A stretch of DNA of 64,000 bases. Origin: Paragordius varius (lineage: Eukaryota > Animalia > Nematomorpha). This document shows positions 41,810 to 56,451 of the stretch, in pieces (within the stretch, counting starts at the first letter, position 1; each line of letters starts with the position of its first letter). The stretch spans positions 8,060,001-8,124,000 of the forward strand of contig OZ176054.1 of the NCBI GenBank assembly GCA_964247055.1, in the 5' to 3' direction. The notes below the pieces were generated by a model, which worked only from the letters and a program-made list of their open reading frames with translations, did no database searches and was not told where the DNA came from. Made by a program: the position numbers and the translations under genes.

Positions 41810-42935
41810 CAGGAGTATTCATAAGTTATTACCGGTTTAATCAAAAGAAGATGCCAGCGAAAAGTAAGTAGCTGATTAATTTGATACAGACACCAATTCG
41901 TTTATCTGACTTTAAACGACAACATACACAAATTGATTTCGCCAAAACTGGCGTCTTGTTTTTAACTTTTAATAATCACATCGAATTTGGTGCCTAATAA
42001 AGAACATTTGCGGTACTCATTGCCATCAGAAGAAAAGGTTTGAAAGGTATCGTTTGCTGGCAGAAACATAAGGTGAATATGCTCTATTGATTAACATGTG
42101 AAACATGGTTTCATTAAAAATTGTGATAGGTAAAAACGTATGGGCCCCTTGGGTACCTACTGCTGCGAAGACGCTAAAGTACAAGAGTTTTTGGATATGA
42201 TGACCCAGCTTAATCTCCAAAAGCAAATGTATCACAAAAACAATCATTGATGTCCATGCCACGGGAAGATCAATAAAATAGGTAAATGGCTCCCACACAA
42301 TTTGAATGAAAATCGCAAAGTGATTTATGAAATCCTGCTTCAACTTAAAGATACGAAATTTTGCATCGAATTGTGATCGAAGCGGCTCTTTTTTGTAAAT
42401 CCCTAGCGGGAAAATCATGGCTTTAACCTTGCCAAGCCTGTCGGTTAGCCAAGACCAAAGCGCTTTGGCAAATAGACCATGCTCTGTGTCTGGTGGGATT
42501 AGAGTGATATTGTGTATTATGGATGTAACCCGGTGCACACCGCTATCGCCAACAAAGGATCAATTTAAACCATGCATTATTCGAAAAACGATCGGAATAG
42601 ACCAGAACACATGGCATAGTGACTCCACATAACAGTGCTCCATATCACATAGTAAAACAAGTAAAAGACACCTTGAAACCGCTCTTTAGACTTGGCCTCA
42701 CCTGACTGATACACCTTCAAATTTATCGGCTACAAACTTCAATAACTTCAAGCCGTTATAAAATGGCTTAAATAATGGTTTACCGCAAAAGTCAATTGGG
42801 TTTTCTGGCAAAGCATTATATTACCTGAAACATGGACGAATGTGTAGAAGCGGGTATACACTATTTTAAATAAATAATTATTTTCTACAAAATTAGGTAA
42901 TTTTTACCAAAAGCCGGTAATGATTACATTTGATA
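41810..42935 (+). mobile_element. Mos1-like mariner, near full-length, decayed
   Basis: LVPNKEHLR, KIGKWLPHNLNE, LHRIV and RFGK.TMLCVWWD, with many stops and frameshifts. TIR remnants containing TACCGGTTT / AAAGCCGGTA occur at both ends. Confidence 0.88.
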
Positions 42936-44217
42936 TATGGGAAAGATTATAATGAAAAAATTATCATTGAAACATTTAGGGTTACCGGAAGAAATGGTTT
43001 CCTAATAAGCGCTAATCTGCGCAAATTTTGACGTAGTTTGCATAAAAGTTGATGTTTTTTCTGAAATGAGACTCGTAATCTCTGAAATTGCTTCACTATT
43101 ATCAGTGGATTTCGTTTATAGGTATCTTCTAGTCTTTGCTTTAGAAATCGGTATTTATAAAAAATCTGTTGGAATTCGGACCAACATAAATTAAAAATAA
43201 TGGTTATATGGCAATTAAAAAGCAGTGTATAGTTTCTAAAAAGTTGCATTTGTGTTTGGAAAGCACCCCTTCTTTTTGAATATTTCGATTGAGAACTAGT
43301 GGTTTTAATAATTTAAAATCAATATTTTTTTTCAGTGCCCTTGATTAGCGCAGAAACATCCTCCACTTGGTTCAACCTCATTAATCCCAGATTAATTTTA
43401 TGTGTAAACAGTTGATTTTGTATTTACCTTTCACACCCTTTTGCAAACACACAAGGATCCTACGCTAAAGTATTAAATAATGAAAAATTGAGTAAGTCTT
43501 CCTTACCATTTTTTTTATTTATTAAATAATTTATTTTATCAATAATTTCCAAGTATATATTATATTTATCATTAGATAATACAATATAATGTAATATTAC
43601 ACATCCAGGGCAATCATTATTTTTATTTTATTATTATATTGTTTGTATTTGCATTGATTTATTTTCCCAATAAATATTACTTACTATTTCATATAATATA
43701 ATTTATTAATATTTTTCAAAGGAAAAATAAATAATATTTACAATAAGTATTGGATAAGCACCAACACAATACAAATACACATGATTATTGGATTTAACTA
43801 AAAATTTTACATTAAGTAAAAGAAGAGAGGTAAAAAATTTTGCTTGAATCCTATAACATTTTTAAGGGATTTTACCAATTTAAATTTTACCTAAAAAATA
43901 TAATTGTATGACGTATGTCATTAAAAATTTGGGGAGCGGCAGCACCCCCCCCCATCGCTTTTTGTTAAAATGAATAAAAAAAGATAAAAAAGAAATACCA
44001 ATTTTCAATTTTTTACTACAAATCATATTTATTATATTTTTCAAATGCAAAATTTGCCAATAGATATGTAATTCTCATGCATGTTTTGTTCGCGTATTTT
44101 GGTGCAAGGAGCGCTAACTTCATATTTTATAATAATAATAAAATATTAAACCGTCGTCATACTTATTAGGCGCATTCATATACTATATACCAAATAAATT
44201 AATTAGAATTTTGCGTT

Positions 44218-44219
<2 letters not shown>

Positions 44220-44255
<36 letters not shown>
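44220..44255. repeat. (TA)n microsatellite
   Basis: Pure TA run. Similar runs occur at about 8284-8312, 9904-9925, 11592-11612, 39063-39110, 39929-39966 and 57398-57415. Confidence 0.95.
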
Positions 44256-44259
<4 letters not shown>

Positions 44260-45902
44260 TGCAAATATATTGTAATAAAATAATTTCTCAAAATTATAAA
44301 TAATATAATCAAGATGATTATGATATAATAAAATGGTAGTGGAAGCAAATTAGTACTATTCCCATCCCTTCCCTGCAAATATTATATGCATTTTTGCCAA
44401 TTGCTTGCTTACCGTTAATATTTAATTATATTTATAATATATATATATATAATGAATTTATGTTTTGTGTGCGTACGCGTTATATAAATTCAATAATCTT
44501 AGCATTTTTTTTATTTCTTTCAATATCATTCTTCTTTATCATTATAATTATCACACCTTCAACATTGACTATATACCAGTCAGTTAAACCCATGTACGTA
44601 TTTTAATTACAAAACTAACATTGGTGCGTTCTCCATTCACTTTGAAAAAACAAAAACCTATAACCAAAAATATATAAATAATTATTATATAATCTATTTA
44701 TCTATCATATCATATCTAGTATTTAGTGGGAATCCATCCCATCATTTTTTGTTAAATTGACAAGCTTATAAATATAAATTTGTGTTACAAATTATGACAC
44801 AATTCAACATAATATTTCGCGCTCTGTCCTATAATTATTATCAAAATCATTATTAATGATCTATTTTTTTCGTTTTAATCTCCAACACAACATAGCGAGC
44901 AAAGTATAAATGATTACCTACATTAATTATATTTCATCCATATCCAATTATCCGACCTAATAACTATGCCTTACTTTGGATTATGCCGATGGTAAATTAT
45001 ATTTTAGCTTTGAGGCAAAATATTTTTACAACTGACCATTTAAATTGGTTGTTGACAAAAGCGAAAACAATGTTTAATCTGTTGGTGTGGTAAGGCCGAG
45101 TCTTATTTACACCGGACGACAAACAATTACACTTTTTTGTGATATCTTTTTGTTGGAGTTTGTAAGTGTCAAACATATTCAAAAATATTTGTTGATAGCT
45201 AGTTATAATAATTCAAATTTGGAAATTTTTATGTGCTGTCATTCTCCTTTAAATGTATATCGATATACATGATAAAAAATGGTAATTAAAGATATTGGAC
45301 AGTAAAAATCATTCAAAAAACTCATAATGTAGCCTAATGGTTTCCGGAATGATAAAATGGAATTTTACATCAAACATATGAAATCGCATGAACGGAAATT
45401 TTAACATAATTACAGAGGATATTTAACATCATTTTCCCATTTATATTTGGCGATGACAATTTTTACACTAATACCATCCAGCAGTCATTTTAAATAAAAT
45501 AGTAATCCTTTCGTTATCAGGAATTTAATAAACCATCACACTTCATAAATTATATTACACAACCTAAAATTTATGTATTAATATAAAATAATCCCCTGCT
45601 CTCCAAATATCATAATCCTCATCTACCTTTTAAGCAAAAAAACGTTCACCATTTAAGTTAAATGGTGTGTGATTTTGAAAAACCTTATCGGATTATAAAT
45701 AATCAGTTTTGTCACATTTCATAATATATTTTAACCAATATATATAGTTAGGCAAACAGTCAAATTTCAAACGATTAAAATCTATAACCATGGTTATGGC
45801 ATTACGTACATCACACATCGTTGTGCTTCATATATTATTTCCTTGAATTAAACAATCTTAAAACCTTTGTTCCAAATCAAAGTCAAAACATAGTATTTTG
45901 GA

Positions 45903-48900
45903 ATGTATCGGGTGCCCCAACAAAACACTTACTTATCCAGAAGGGCTAAAGAAAAGCTTCGAAAGCTTGAGTTCAAAATTTTGGTATCAGCCGTGGTTGG
46001 TACAGTATTTGGATTATTCCTTATGTGTATAGCGGTGGGTACGACCTATTGGACCAGTTTGAAAATGCCCAAACCCCATTACATCAATGAAACTAACAAC
46101 TATTTTTTATCATCCCACTCAGGGCTTTGGAAGTACTGTATAACGTCTCGCAACACGACAAAGTATCGTTTTTCAAAACCTATGCCCGTAGAAAGTAAAC
46201 ATCTTTTTTATATATTTTACCAAAATTTGAATTGAATATAATTTGATATATTATTGTGGATGGAGTGATTTTATTTTTAGATTTTTTTCGTTTTTGTCTA
46301 ATTATATAATGTATGTTTTAATATATGATGGGATAAAGTAGGATTTATATAAAATAATAAGTTTTTAGTTGGTTTATTTTACAAAACTTAATTGAATTAA
46401 TTATTCATTGTGTTTTATACATTAAATATAAAATGCTGAATAATTAAGCACGCTACTTACACTACATCAAGTTTTTCTTTACATAAATTTTAGTGTCAAA
46501 ATTTAATGCGTTTGATTTGATATATTTTTAGATTATATGGTTTTTTTACTTTCCTAATTACTTGATTAAAAATCTTAATGACATATCCAAAAAAATTGTC
46601 ATTAACTTTTGAGATATGACAATTGCTTGATGATCGCTTCTGCTTAACAAATAAAAAATTAGATTCCATAATTTTAGTATATTTGAAGTATCAGATATTA
46701 AACATTAAAGTTAATGGATCTTCCCATTAGAATTCCCTTAGGGGAATTACTTAAAGTATCTTCCAAATTTAGTGGATAGTGCATAACCCTTAAACACTTC
46801 AAAACCATTCTCTAAGTTTTGGACTGTCCTCACAGAATTATGTTAAATGAATTAACTTTTATATTTTTTTATTCGTTTTTTTTTTCTTAAGCGTACACAT
46901 GCAGATTTAAAAAATTTAAATAATTTTTTCATCTAATTAACATATATTTTTTTGCCTAAAAATAATGATTAAATTAAATTAAATCTGTTTCAGATATTTT
47001 ATTTGTTTTTAGTTTTTGCTGATAAGATTTGTAAAACATTGAATACATCAAGTCAATTAATCATATATATTAATCATAACCCAAATATTCTAAAGACAGA
47101 ATATGTAAGATGAAGATTTTGTTTACAACCTTAATTCAAACAAATAAGTACACCTAGAAAGCCATAAAAGATAAGCTCTTTATTTCAATGGATATTTTTT
47201 TATATCTATACTGCGTTCTGCTTTAAGATTTTTAAAAAGTACAGGTTTTTACATCTTACCATCACCCCAAATCAGTGAGAAACACATTAAATCCGCATTT
47301 ACTTTGCCAACACAAATTTAGCTTAAAGAATCTAAGGATTTATCGCAAAAAATATTATTTGAAAATCGAAAAAGTGCACATGACAAATTTAGATTAATTT
47401 TCATTATTAATAATCCTACATCTCAGAATCATTAGAAACTGAGAAGTGATAAACAAACCTAAAATATTTAAATTCATACAGCAATTAGATAGGATATACC
47501 CTTTATCAAAGTAGGTTCTTAACAATATTCGCGAAAATATATTGTAAACTAGGATATATATATATATATATAATATTTTTCTTAATATTTAAGTTACGTA
47601 CAATATTGTTGTTTCGGTGGCTTACGATTAACAACTTTGCAATTTTCTAGGGAAACTTTCTCTATTTTGTTAAGGCCTTTACCAAAGTGTGAATTTATAC
47701 AAAAATATAATATGTCATCCATCCAACGGGTCTATATTGCTAGTATCCCAAAATAAGAGGTCTTTGAAGAATTCGTTAGGCGTATCAGTTTTATATCTCA
47801 CTGACTTCCTTCATTAATTATTCGCAAAGAGCTATGATAAAATCGAATAGAATTTTAACGGTTAATGGACTATAAGCCACCAAACATTTGTTAACCAGTC
47901 TAATACATCAGTTAAATATAAAATACACACTAGGGATCATATTTTTTTATATTTTTTAAATTTGACGGGCCCGGTGGTAAAGAACCCTGGAATACCAACG
48001 ATGAATTTTTGTAAGATTTACTAAAATTAAATTACCAGCTGAAATCATCAGTGACTACCAGTTTAACTAAGAGAAGTCAGCGAAAAGACAGACGAGTGAC
48101 ACATTCAACGATAAACATACACAAGTTGTGTCTATAAAAAACTAGTCTTATCATTATCCTTTAGAAATTATATGTTAAATTTATGCCTGAAAAAGAACAT
48201 TTGGGGTCGCCTATGAATTAACACATGTCAGAAATATACGAAATAAGAGTTATGAAAGAGTGTGGCGCTGTGCTACACCACATGACTGCTTACATTATGT
48301 GCAAGAGTTATTAAATCCAACTCAAATTTAACAACAATTAGAAGAATTATATGTATTATAAAAAAACAATTAATAGTTGTTACCACCAAAGGGAAAGACC
48401 AATAAACATTGGTAAATAGGTTTCACACCTTTAAATGAACGTGATATCCATAATCGCAAAGTGACTGGTAAAATCCTGTTCAACACGAAAAATCATTTTT
48501 GCATCAAATTGGAACGAGTAACGAAAAGTGGCTTTATTTTGAATCCAAAACGGAAAAAAATCGTGGCTTTTATTTTGCCAAGCCGGTCCATCAACATCAA
48601 TGCCAAATCGTTTTTACAAGAAGATCATGCTCTGTGCCTATGTATCATATGAACTTTTGAAACCCGGTGAAACCGTTAATACACAACTCTATGCCAACAA
48701 ATTATTAATATAAACCATGCATTAATCGAAAAACGACCGGAATAAACCAGAAGACATGGCAAAGCGATTTTATCACATGACAATGCTCCCTTCACATAGC
48801 AAAACCAGTGAGTTAAAATCGTTTCGATGGATAATTCTCTCACACCCGCTGCTCTAGCAGCACTTCAATAACTTTGAACGTGGAAAATGGCTTAACCAAT

Positions 48901-51386
48901 GGTTTTCCGAAAAAGACAATCAATTTTTATGGCATGACATTTATATATTAACTGAGAGATGGGCAAATATGTAGAATCCTATACAATAAAATAAATAATG
49001 GATTTTCTTTAAAAATTACACATTTTTTTTGGAAAAACCGGTAAAAACATTTGACTACACCTGGTAAATATTATATAAAAAACAAAAACGCGCTGCCGCC
49101 AGCATTGGATAACATTTATGCCTCCACTAAAATACTAACCCCATATTTTGCAACTTTTATAAAGTCCATAAATATTTACGAAATCTAAAAAAAATAGTCT
49201 TAGCGTTTTTACATGTAAATAATTATGAAACCAATATCAGCTAAAGGAGAGAAATTTTTACAGATTAATAAGTAATATATACCATATAATGTCCATAAAA
49301 ATAATTAATCATATATATATGATACATATAAATTGGCGCATATGAAGCTTTTAATATTGTAACATTAAATAGATTGACCCTTTTAGCGATATTTTTCCTT
49401 AGAACTAATACATTCCCTTTTTTCCATAAACATATTTTAGTGGCATTGCAAATTTTTATGAATTGTATTTCCTTTTCAAAACAAATTACCGGATGACCTT
49501 ATATATTGTCAAAAAAATTTTTATGGTTTTATGGTGATACCAGTATAATTTTATTTTATATTATTATGTTGTTGACAGCAAAGTAAACATGAATAGAAAC
49601 GTAGAATTTTTTGCTGTGGAAAGCAAATAAAATTTAATGTTGCAGTTAATAAAGAATAATCATTAATCTTAATTAAGTTTGGTTTAATATTTCCTTTTTG
49701 AGTCAAAAATATATAGAATTTATATTTTTTTTATTTTAGCCAACTGTTTTTCTCACCCAATGTTTCCGACACCGGAAGAAATAGCCACTAACCCTAGAAC
49801 GGATGAAACAAGCCTACGTATACAACTTTTAATTAATTTGGACCATTTTAAATCTCTTTTAAAAAGGCCAAAATTGAATTTTTACTGCATATTACAAATA
49901 ATAAAAATTATAAATTTTGTAATTGATGATCTCAAATATTTTCGATTATAATATTTATGATAGTAAAATGAGTTTTTTCTCCAAAGATTTATATATTTTA
50001 CACGTTTACCAAATAATTACCCGATTTGATCTTTAAAAAATTTTCACATCATGATTTCTTTGTTATTTGACTCGCTTTTCTGGTAATTTGTTTTAAGATA
50101 TGCATGCCTTTACTATTTTGCCAATAAGAAAATACATATTAAAATAATTATCTAGGTTTTTTTCAAAATTAATTGTTAACTGCAACTTTTTGCCGTTACA
50201 TTTATAAATACAACAATATCAAATAAATAATATTTTTATGATTTGCCTAATTTTTTTTAATATGGGTTTTAAACGTCAAAATATCTCAAATTTTTATATT
50301 CATCTTCTTTCATCAGAAAAAATGAAAAAAAATGTAATGTATGTAATTTCTTTTTTAATTAACCCTTATTTTCCAAAATATTTTTGAATATACCATAATA
50401 TTTAATCAATATTTAGATTATAGCCGTGCTGAAGGCGCATTTGCCGTAATCACAATTTTCATTATGGTAATTTCTCACATTTTTTCCATTTATTCCTTCA
50501 AAGAACCACGTTACATGTTTAAACGGCTAGCTGGAATTCTATACTTTTTGGCTGGTAAATACGTTTTTTTACGTTTGTAATAATAAAAAAAATGTTTTTA
50601 TAGCATAACTTACTTAGATTTTAGTAATTATTATATGTTTATTATTATTAATATATTTTTTGATTGCGTGTGTGTGTTAATTAATTTTTTTAATGGATGT
50701 AACTTAATATGATGAATTGGCGAACGAACGAAAAAATTGTATAAAACTAATAGATGCCTATATTATAGAAAGTTATAATATTTTTTTAATTAAAAACATT
50801 AATAATGAGCAAAATAAAGAGATAGAAAATTTCCTGATGACAATTTTCCCATTTATTTCAATAAATAAAATAGGTTCATAGGGGACACCGTTTCTGAAAG
50901 GTTTTATATCAATAGCTGAATAATTATTGATTTCAAACACAAAATTTAACCTGCTTTTAACTTTTTTAATTTAGCAGTTATTTAAAATAAAGTGTGACAG
51001 TCCAGAAATAGTTTAATTTTCATTGATTTTGCTTTTGTAAGTAAAAAAACTGAGTCCCGAATCAGACATGAAAACAAGAAGCAATATTTTTATTATTATG
51101 TATATGGTTTGATATAAATGTGTTTAATTTCGTAGCCGCAAATTGTTTTGTTACCATTGAAATGGTCATATCCTCACATTTGTACGAAGAAAAATATTTA
51201 CCAGCCGCTTATCCTAAACATGCTATCCTTCGATACGGTTATAGTTTTTACCTGACTTGCTTGGCCCTAAGCCTGTATATTTTGGCTTGTCTTGTATTCC
51301 TTATATACTCACATAAACGGAAAGAAGATAAAGCCCTCACAGCTGAAGAAGCTATTGAGAACAGACCCATGAAAATACGGAGATAA
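45903..51386 (+). CDS. PMP22/claudin-superfamily tetraspan membrane protein (TMEM114/TMEM235/CACNG-like), 252 aa, 4 exons
   Basis: Exons are 45903-46194, 49740-49817, 50417-50554 and 51136-51386, all phase-1 compatible (759 nt). It has the claudin ECL1 signature W...GLWKYC...C, four hydrophobic segments, EPRYMFKRLAG and YGYSFYL. Introns are 3545, 599 and 581 nt. Confidence 0.88.
47130..47900. mobile_element. Possible Penelope-like RT remnant, locally scrambled
   Basis: Minus strand RWMDDILYF (about 47720) is preceded by an AN..MKEV-like trace. Plus strand shows RKP and SYHHPKSV (47150-47290), which resemble PLE RT motifs RYVDD, YRKP and S.HP. Confidence 0.35.
48035..49064 (+). mobile_element. 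Mos1-like mariner with TA target duplication (in intron 1 of the claudin-like gene)
   Basis: TA-CCAG...CACCTGG-TA termini. Contains MPEKEHL, ELLKPGETVNT, HDNAP and ERWA. Confidence 0.88.
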
Positions 51387-52298
51387 ATTTCTAATTTAAT
51401 TCTTTTATACAAAAACTCTAGTTTTATTCATCAAGGTAACAACACTCTATTGTGCCTTAAACAAATAATTATAAAACGTTAAGAGGATTCTTCTGAGATA
51501 TGGAATTATGTTGAAATATGTTAGTTTTGGTAGCTAAGATATGTTAAATTTTAAATACTAAAATTTAATTACGGTCGACAATTAATTTCGATTCATATGT
51601 AATACACCCTTAAAATATATTATTGTAATTTATATATACAAGTATGCATTTTATATGATATATTAACTGAATATATATCACACCTCTCTTATATTTACAA
51701 TTAATTATTATTATTATTAATAAATTTATTGTAAAATGTTGTAAACTCCTTTAAGTGTTGAGTAATTTTTTGGAAAATTTTACAATAAGAAATATTAAAC
51801 GAATTTACTAAATATTCGTACATATCCAATTCAATATATGTATTTTGACACTCGTGGTAGCTTTATATTAATATGGACAATCTATCGCCCTGTTTTAGCT
51901 TAATAATTGGAAAATTTCGGGACGATTTAATTGTTAATTTGGGATAATTTTTATTAAACCTTTAAATAAATAGCCTGAACCCTGTGTTCTGTTTGGATAG
52001 AAAACTATTTTTTTCTTGGCTGCAAAAATTGAAAACTTATTTTTTAGGAGAAGGAGTGGGGGTGAGGGTGGGGGTGTACTATGGAATAGGAAATATAAGA
52101 ATGGAACAAATCGTTTTGGTAGTTGAAATTTTATTGAGAATTAGCAAGCTTATTGATTCAACTAGTTGAAATGAGATAGTTCAATGATTAGGAATGGTTT
52201 GATTGGTTTTGGTTCAAAACCCATATAACATTTTTTTGTAGTTATCTTTGATTTTAATTTTTTTAATTTAAATAGAGGTATATATAAAATAAAATATT

Positions 52299-52843
52299 TT
52301 AACAGTCCATGACTTTTTGGGGTAGTTTTATATCACAGAGCGGTTTAAAATTTGAATTGAAAGGTATCTAAAGTATCAAGCCGAATTTAAAAATATGCCT
52401 ACTTCTTTTAGACAATTATAAAAGTTTTTTATCAATGTAAATTTGTAAAAAAAATTCATATCTCAAACTTTTTCGCCGCGATTTTTTACTATAATTTTTT
52501 AAAACGCTAATGCAACAGGCAAATGGATGTATATGATGGTTAAAAAATGTAAATACTTAACTTTGAAATTTTTCAGGCTACAATTTACCAGCAAAAACTT
52601 GATATATTTTAATTTTTATATCATCTGTTGATTTCAATCATGTTTTATAGCTATCCCAATTTTAGACTCTAGCAGTCACAAAACTGTATAAAATATAAGC
52701 TTTTATTTAATACATGAGAACAATGGTTGATAATTAAATTTTATCTATCTAAACAGTAGTTTATTAACAATATTGAGCTCTAGGAATAAACTAGCCCAAT
52801 ATGTCAACTAGGATAAAAAAGTGAAAAGGTCATAAAGTGTTAA
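52299..52843 (+). mobile_element. MITE family C, complete copy
   Basis: TTAA-CAGTCCATGAC...GTCATAAAGTG-TTAA. Confidence 0.8.
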
Positions 52844-54059
52844 GGTAGTTAAATATTTACAAAGACAGGTAAACATAACGATGGCATAGAAATGTTTGAT
52901 GAGTATAGGTGTTTTTAAGATTTTTGCTACAAATAAGAAACCGGTTGATTTAAACACATGTTATGTCGCGAAATATGCCTAGAGTTCAGCGAATTTACTG
53001 TTTGGATCTTAATTTATCCGTTTAAATATATTATTATTAATAAAAACAAGTCAAAAATACAGAGTTTCCTTAATATTTTGAATTATAAATAACTTGGTAA
53101 AATGTATCATGATTCTTAAGCGCTTTTTGGCGTTTATTGTTTGTTGTTTCTCAAAATCCAAAAAGCGTAAATTTAGATTTAGATGATTGTTTTTTAGGTG
53201 GATAATAATTTTCTAATGCCATAAAATTCGATTCGCAGAAAAGGTAATTGTTGACAATCGTTTAATTTCCAATTTAGGTGAATTTTTAGATAAAACACAA
53301 TATTTGACATAAATTAAAAGGCAACGAATATTTCAATTATAATTCTGAGGTGATAGAAGTGTCAGCATCATCCATTTATGTAGAAAGAGTGTTTTTAAAG
53401 AATTTAAAAGCGTTGGTCCAACAAAATATTGCTAAAAATTAAATTTTCGTAAAATGTATTCATTTTTTAAAAAAATGTTTTTTTGATTTCAAAATTTAGC
53501 ATATATTTAAAAATTTTATCGCACAATCCCATCCTTTTTGCATTTTTTTAAAAGAACTAACCCTCTTAGGAAGAGAAAAATTTGGGTTCGGAGCCAACAT
53601 CTAATAAAATATAAAATTTGTGGTTTGGTTTTTACTAAGTAGTTTATAATATATTTTAGTGATATTTGGAATAAAGCATTTACCTTTCATGTAAAAAATT
53701 TATTACAAAACATGTTGTCAAATTTTGCCATTTACTGATAAGGAGGACTTATCATAAAAAAATAAATAACTTCCTTATATCACTCGTAGCTCCAAAACCA
53801 AAAGCAACATTAGTCTTGCCAGATTTTTCTATCAAAAATATATTTCTCATCATCATATTTTGTGTACACTGCTATTTAAGCTTTGAAATATTCTTAACAT
53901 GCATTAGATAAAGTTAATTTACTAGTCAATATTAAAATACCTTCAAATTTCAAAAAACATCCTAAATTGAAAAATATATAAAATAATTGTTTCTAAAGTT
54001 AACTACTTATAGTTTTATTTATATATTTTTTACCCGTTATATTGGCGTTTTAAAAAATT

Positions 54060-56372
54060 TAACACTTTAAGTTAAATTTTTTGAATAAATTTATTATATT
54101 CCGGTTTATCAATGTTATATAAATGCAAACTTCTTCCATCGTTTTCCATATTTTTTGAAATATTTAATTTTAAATATGCTTGGGGTATCTAACCACCCCC
54201 TTTGGGTCGAAAAATTGAAATAAAATTGTTGTATCCCAGTTTTAACACTTGGATACAATACAATGATTTTACTCCTTCGATTCAGTTGGATACCCCAGGC
54301 CTGTTTAAAATTAAATACTTTAAAAAGTATGAAAGGAATCGAATCCATGGCAAAATTTTGCACTTATATAACATTAATAAACCTAAATATATAAAAAATT
54401 TTATTCAAAAATATTTGATATTAAATATTTTAAGCCAAAATCGAGAGGTAAAAATTTCGCCAACGTGACATGTGTCAAATAATAAAATTAAAAAATAATA
54501 CAAAATAAGCCGCTTCTATCAATGTTAGATGTAATTTATATTAAAATTTAGCTTTAGTTCTACCCTTAAAATTAAATGAAGACGATATTTTACAAAAATT
54601 TTGTAAAATAAAAATGGCGTCGAAGTAGTTTGAGATGGAACTTTTTTTTCAAAACAAAATTTTATCAAGATATTTTGGCATATTTATATAATTTTTATCA
54701 GGATAGAAGCATAAATTTAAATTGGGACCGTTTCCTTCAGTAGTTTTTTAAAAATCCTAATTTAAATTTAGTCTGGGGTATTTAGATACCCCAATTTAAA
54801 TCGAAGTGTTAATGAAAAAATGGCTGAAAAATAGTTTAAGATATTTTATATTAAATAATTTTATTCATTCTCTTTAAAAAGAAGCTTATCATCAATGGCC
54901 CAATATTAAAACTAATTTTAATATATTCATTAAAATCGCTCTGTAATGCAAAACTATCCCAAAATATAGTAGGGTTTTAAATTTAGACAGTGGTACTTTA
55001 CAACGGGTCCCACCAATATGCGGCCCTATAGTACTCTCTGATTACGCATTATTTATATTTTTACCAACCTTTTACGTGTCTGCAAATGTGTCGAATTATG
55101 AAGTATTAGTATTATATGGCATACGGCCCTTAAAAAATTATTTTTTGCCGCCTTTTAAATTTTTTGGTGTACCAATTTTAAAATTACTCTAGAAAATATA
55201 TATTATAGTAATTAAGGAGTATTAATTAACACTTCGATTCAATTTGGGGTATCTAAATACCCTAGACCAAATTATAGTTAAAATTTAGAAACTACTGAAG
55301 GAAACGATGCTAATTTAAATTTATGCTTCTATCCTAACAAAAATTATATAAATAAGCCCTAATCTAGATAAAATTTTGTTTTAAAAAAAATTCCATCTCT
55401 AACTACTTGGACGCCATATTTATTTTGCAAAATTTTTGCAAAATATCGTGTTCATTTATTCAAGGTATAATTAAATCTAATTTTTTATTTAAATCACATC
55501 GTGGTTTTTAGTTTTGCCAATGCACACATGTCACGTTGACTAAATTTTAACCTTTGGGTTTTCTCAAAATAAGTAATATCAAGTATTTTTGAAAAAAGTT
55601 TTTTATATGTTCCGGTTTATTAACACTTCAATTCAAATTGGGGTATCAAAATACCCCAGACTAAATTTGACTTAGGTTTTTTAAAAACTACTGAAGGAAA
55701 CGGTTTCAATTTAATTTATGCTTCTATCCTAAAAATATAAATATGCCAAATTATCTAAATTAATTTTGTTTTAAAAAAAGTTTCATGTCAAACTACTTCG
55801 ACGCCATTTTTATTTTTGCAAAATATCGTCTTCATTTAATTTTAAGGGTAAAATATAAGCTAATTTTTTATTTAAATTACTTCGATTCAAATTGGAGTAT
55901 CTAATAACCCCAGACTAAATTTAAACTATTTTTCAAAAACTACTAAAAAAACGGCCCCAATTTAAATTTATGCTTCTATCCTAAAAAATTATATAAATAT
56001 GCTAAAATATCTTAAAAAAATTTTGTTTTGAAAGAAAGTTCTATGTCAAACTACTCCGACGCCATTTTTTTGCAAAATTTTTGCAAAATATCGTCTTCAC
56101 TAAATTTTTAGGGTAAAATTAAATTTTTTATTTATATTATATCTAACATTGATAGAAAAGGAGAACCGTTTTATTTTGCATTATTTTTTTAATTTTACCA
56201 TGAATCGAAGGACTAAAATAAATGTTTTGTATCCAAGTGTTAATGTTGTAAAAGTGCAAAATTTTGCATTGGATTCGATTCTTTCCATACTTTTTAAATT
56301 ATTTAATTTTGAACACAATTACCTCAATTTGAATCGAAGGACTAAAATCAGTGTGTTGTATTCAAGCGTTAA
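54060..56372. mobile_element. Large cluster of MITE family B (one inverted full copy at 54242-54812; tandem left ends at 55230, 55622, 55880; doubled right end)
   Basis: Repeated TTAACACTT.GAT ends and GGGGTATCTAAATACCCC modules. The last TTAA is at 56369-56372, 79 bp before the RABL3 ATG. A short hAT-like piece (CAGTGGTACTTA, GCGGCCC) lies at about 54985-55150. Confidence 0.8.
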
Positions 56373-56451
56373 CAATGAGATATAAGCTTATGATAATTAT
56401 ATACGCAGCTGAAAGAGTTTAACACATTTATTTAGAAAACATGTGTAAAAT

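Noticed and set aside
42026-42538. 170-aa minus-strand ORF
   Set aside because: It is antisense to the decayed mariner transposase and has no independent protein features.
42947-43430. 100-aa minus-strand ORF and neighbouring short frames
   Set aside because: No splice-consistent model or recognisable motif; probably decayed TE sequence.
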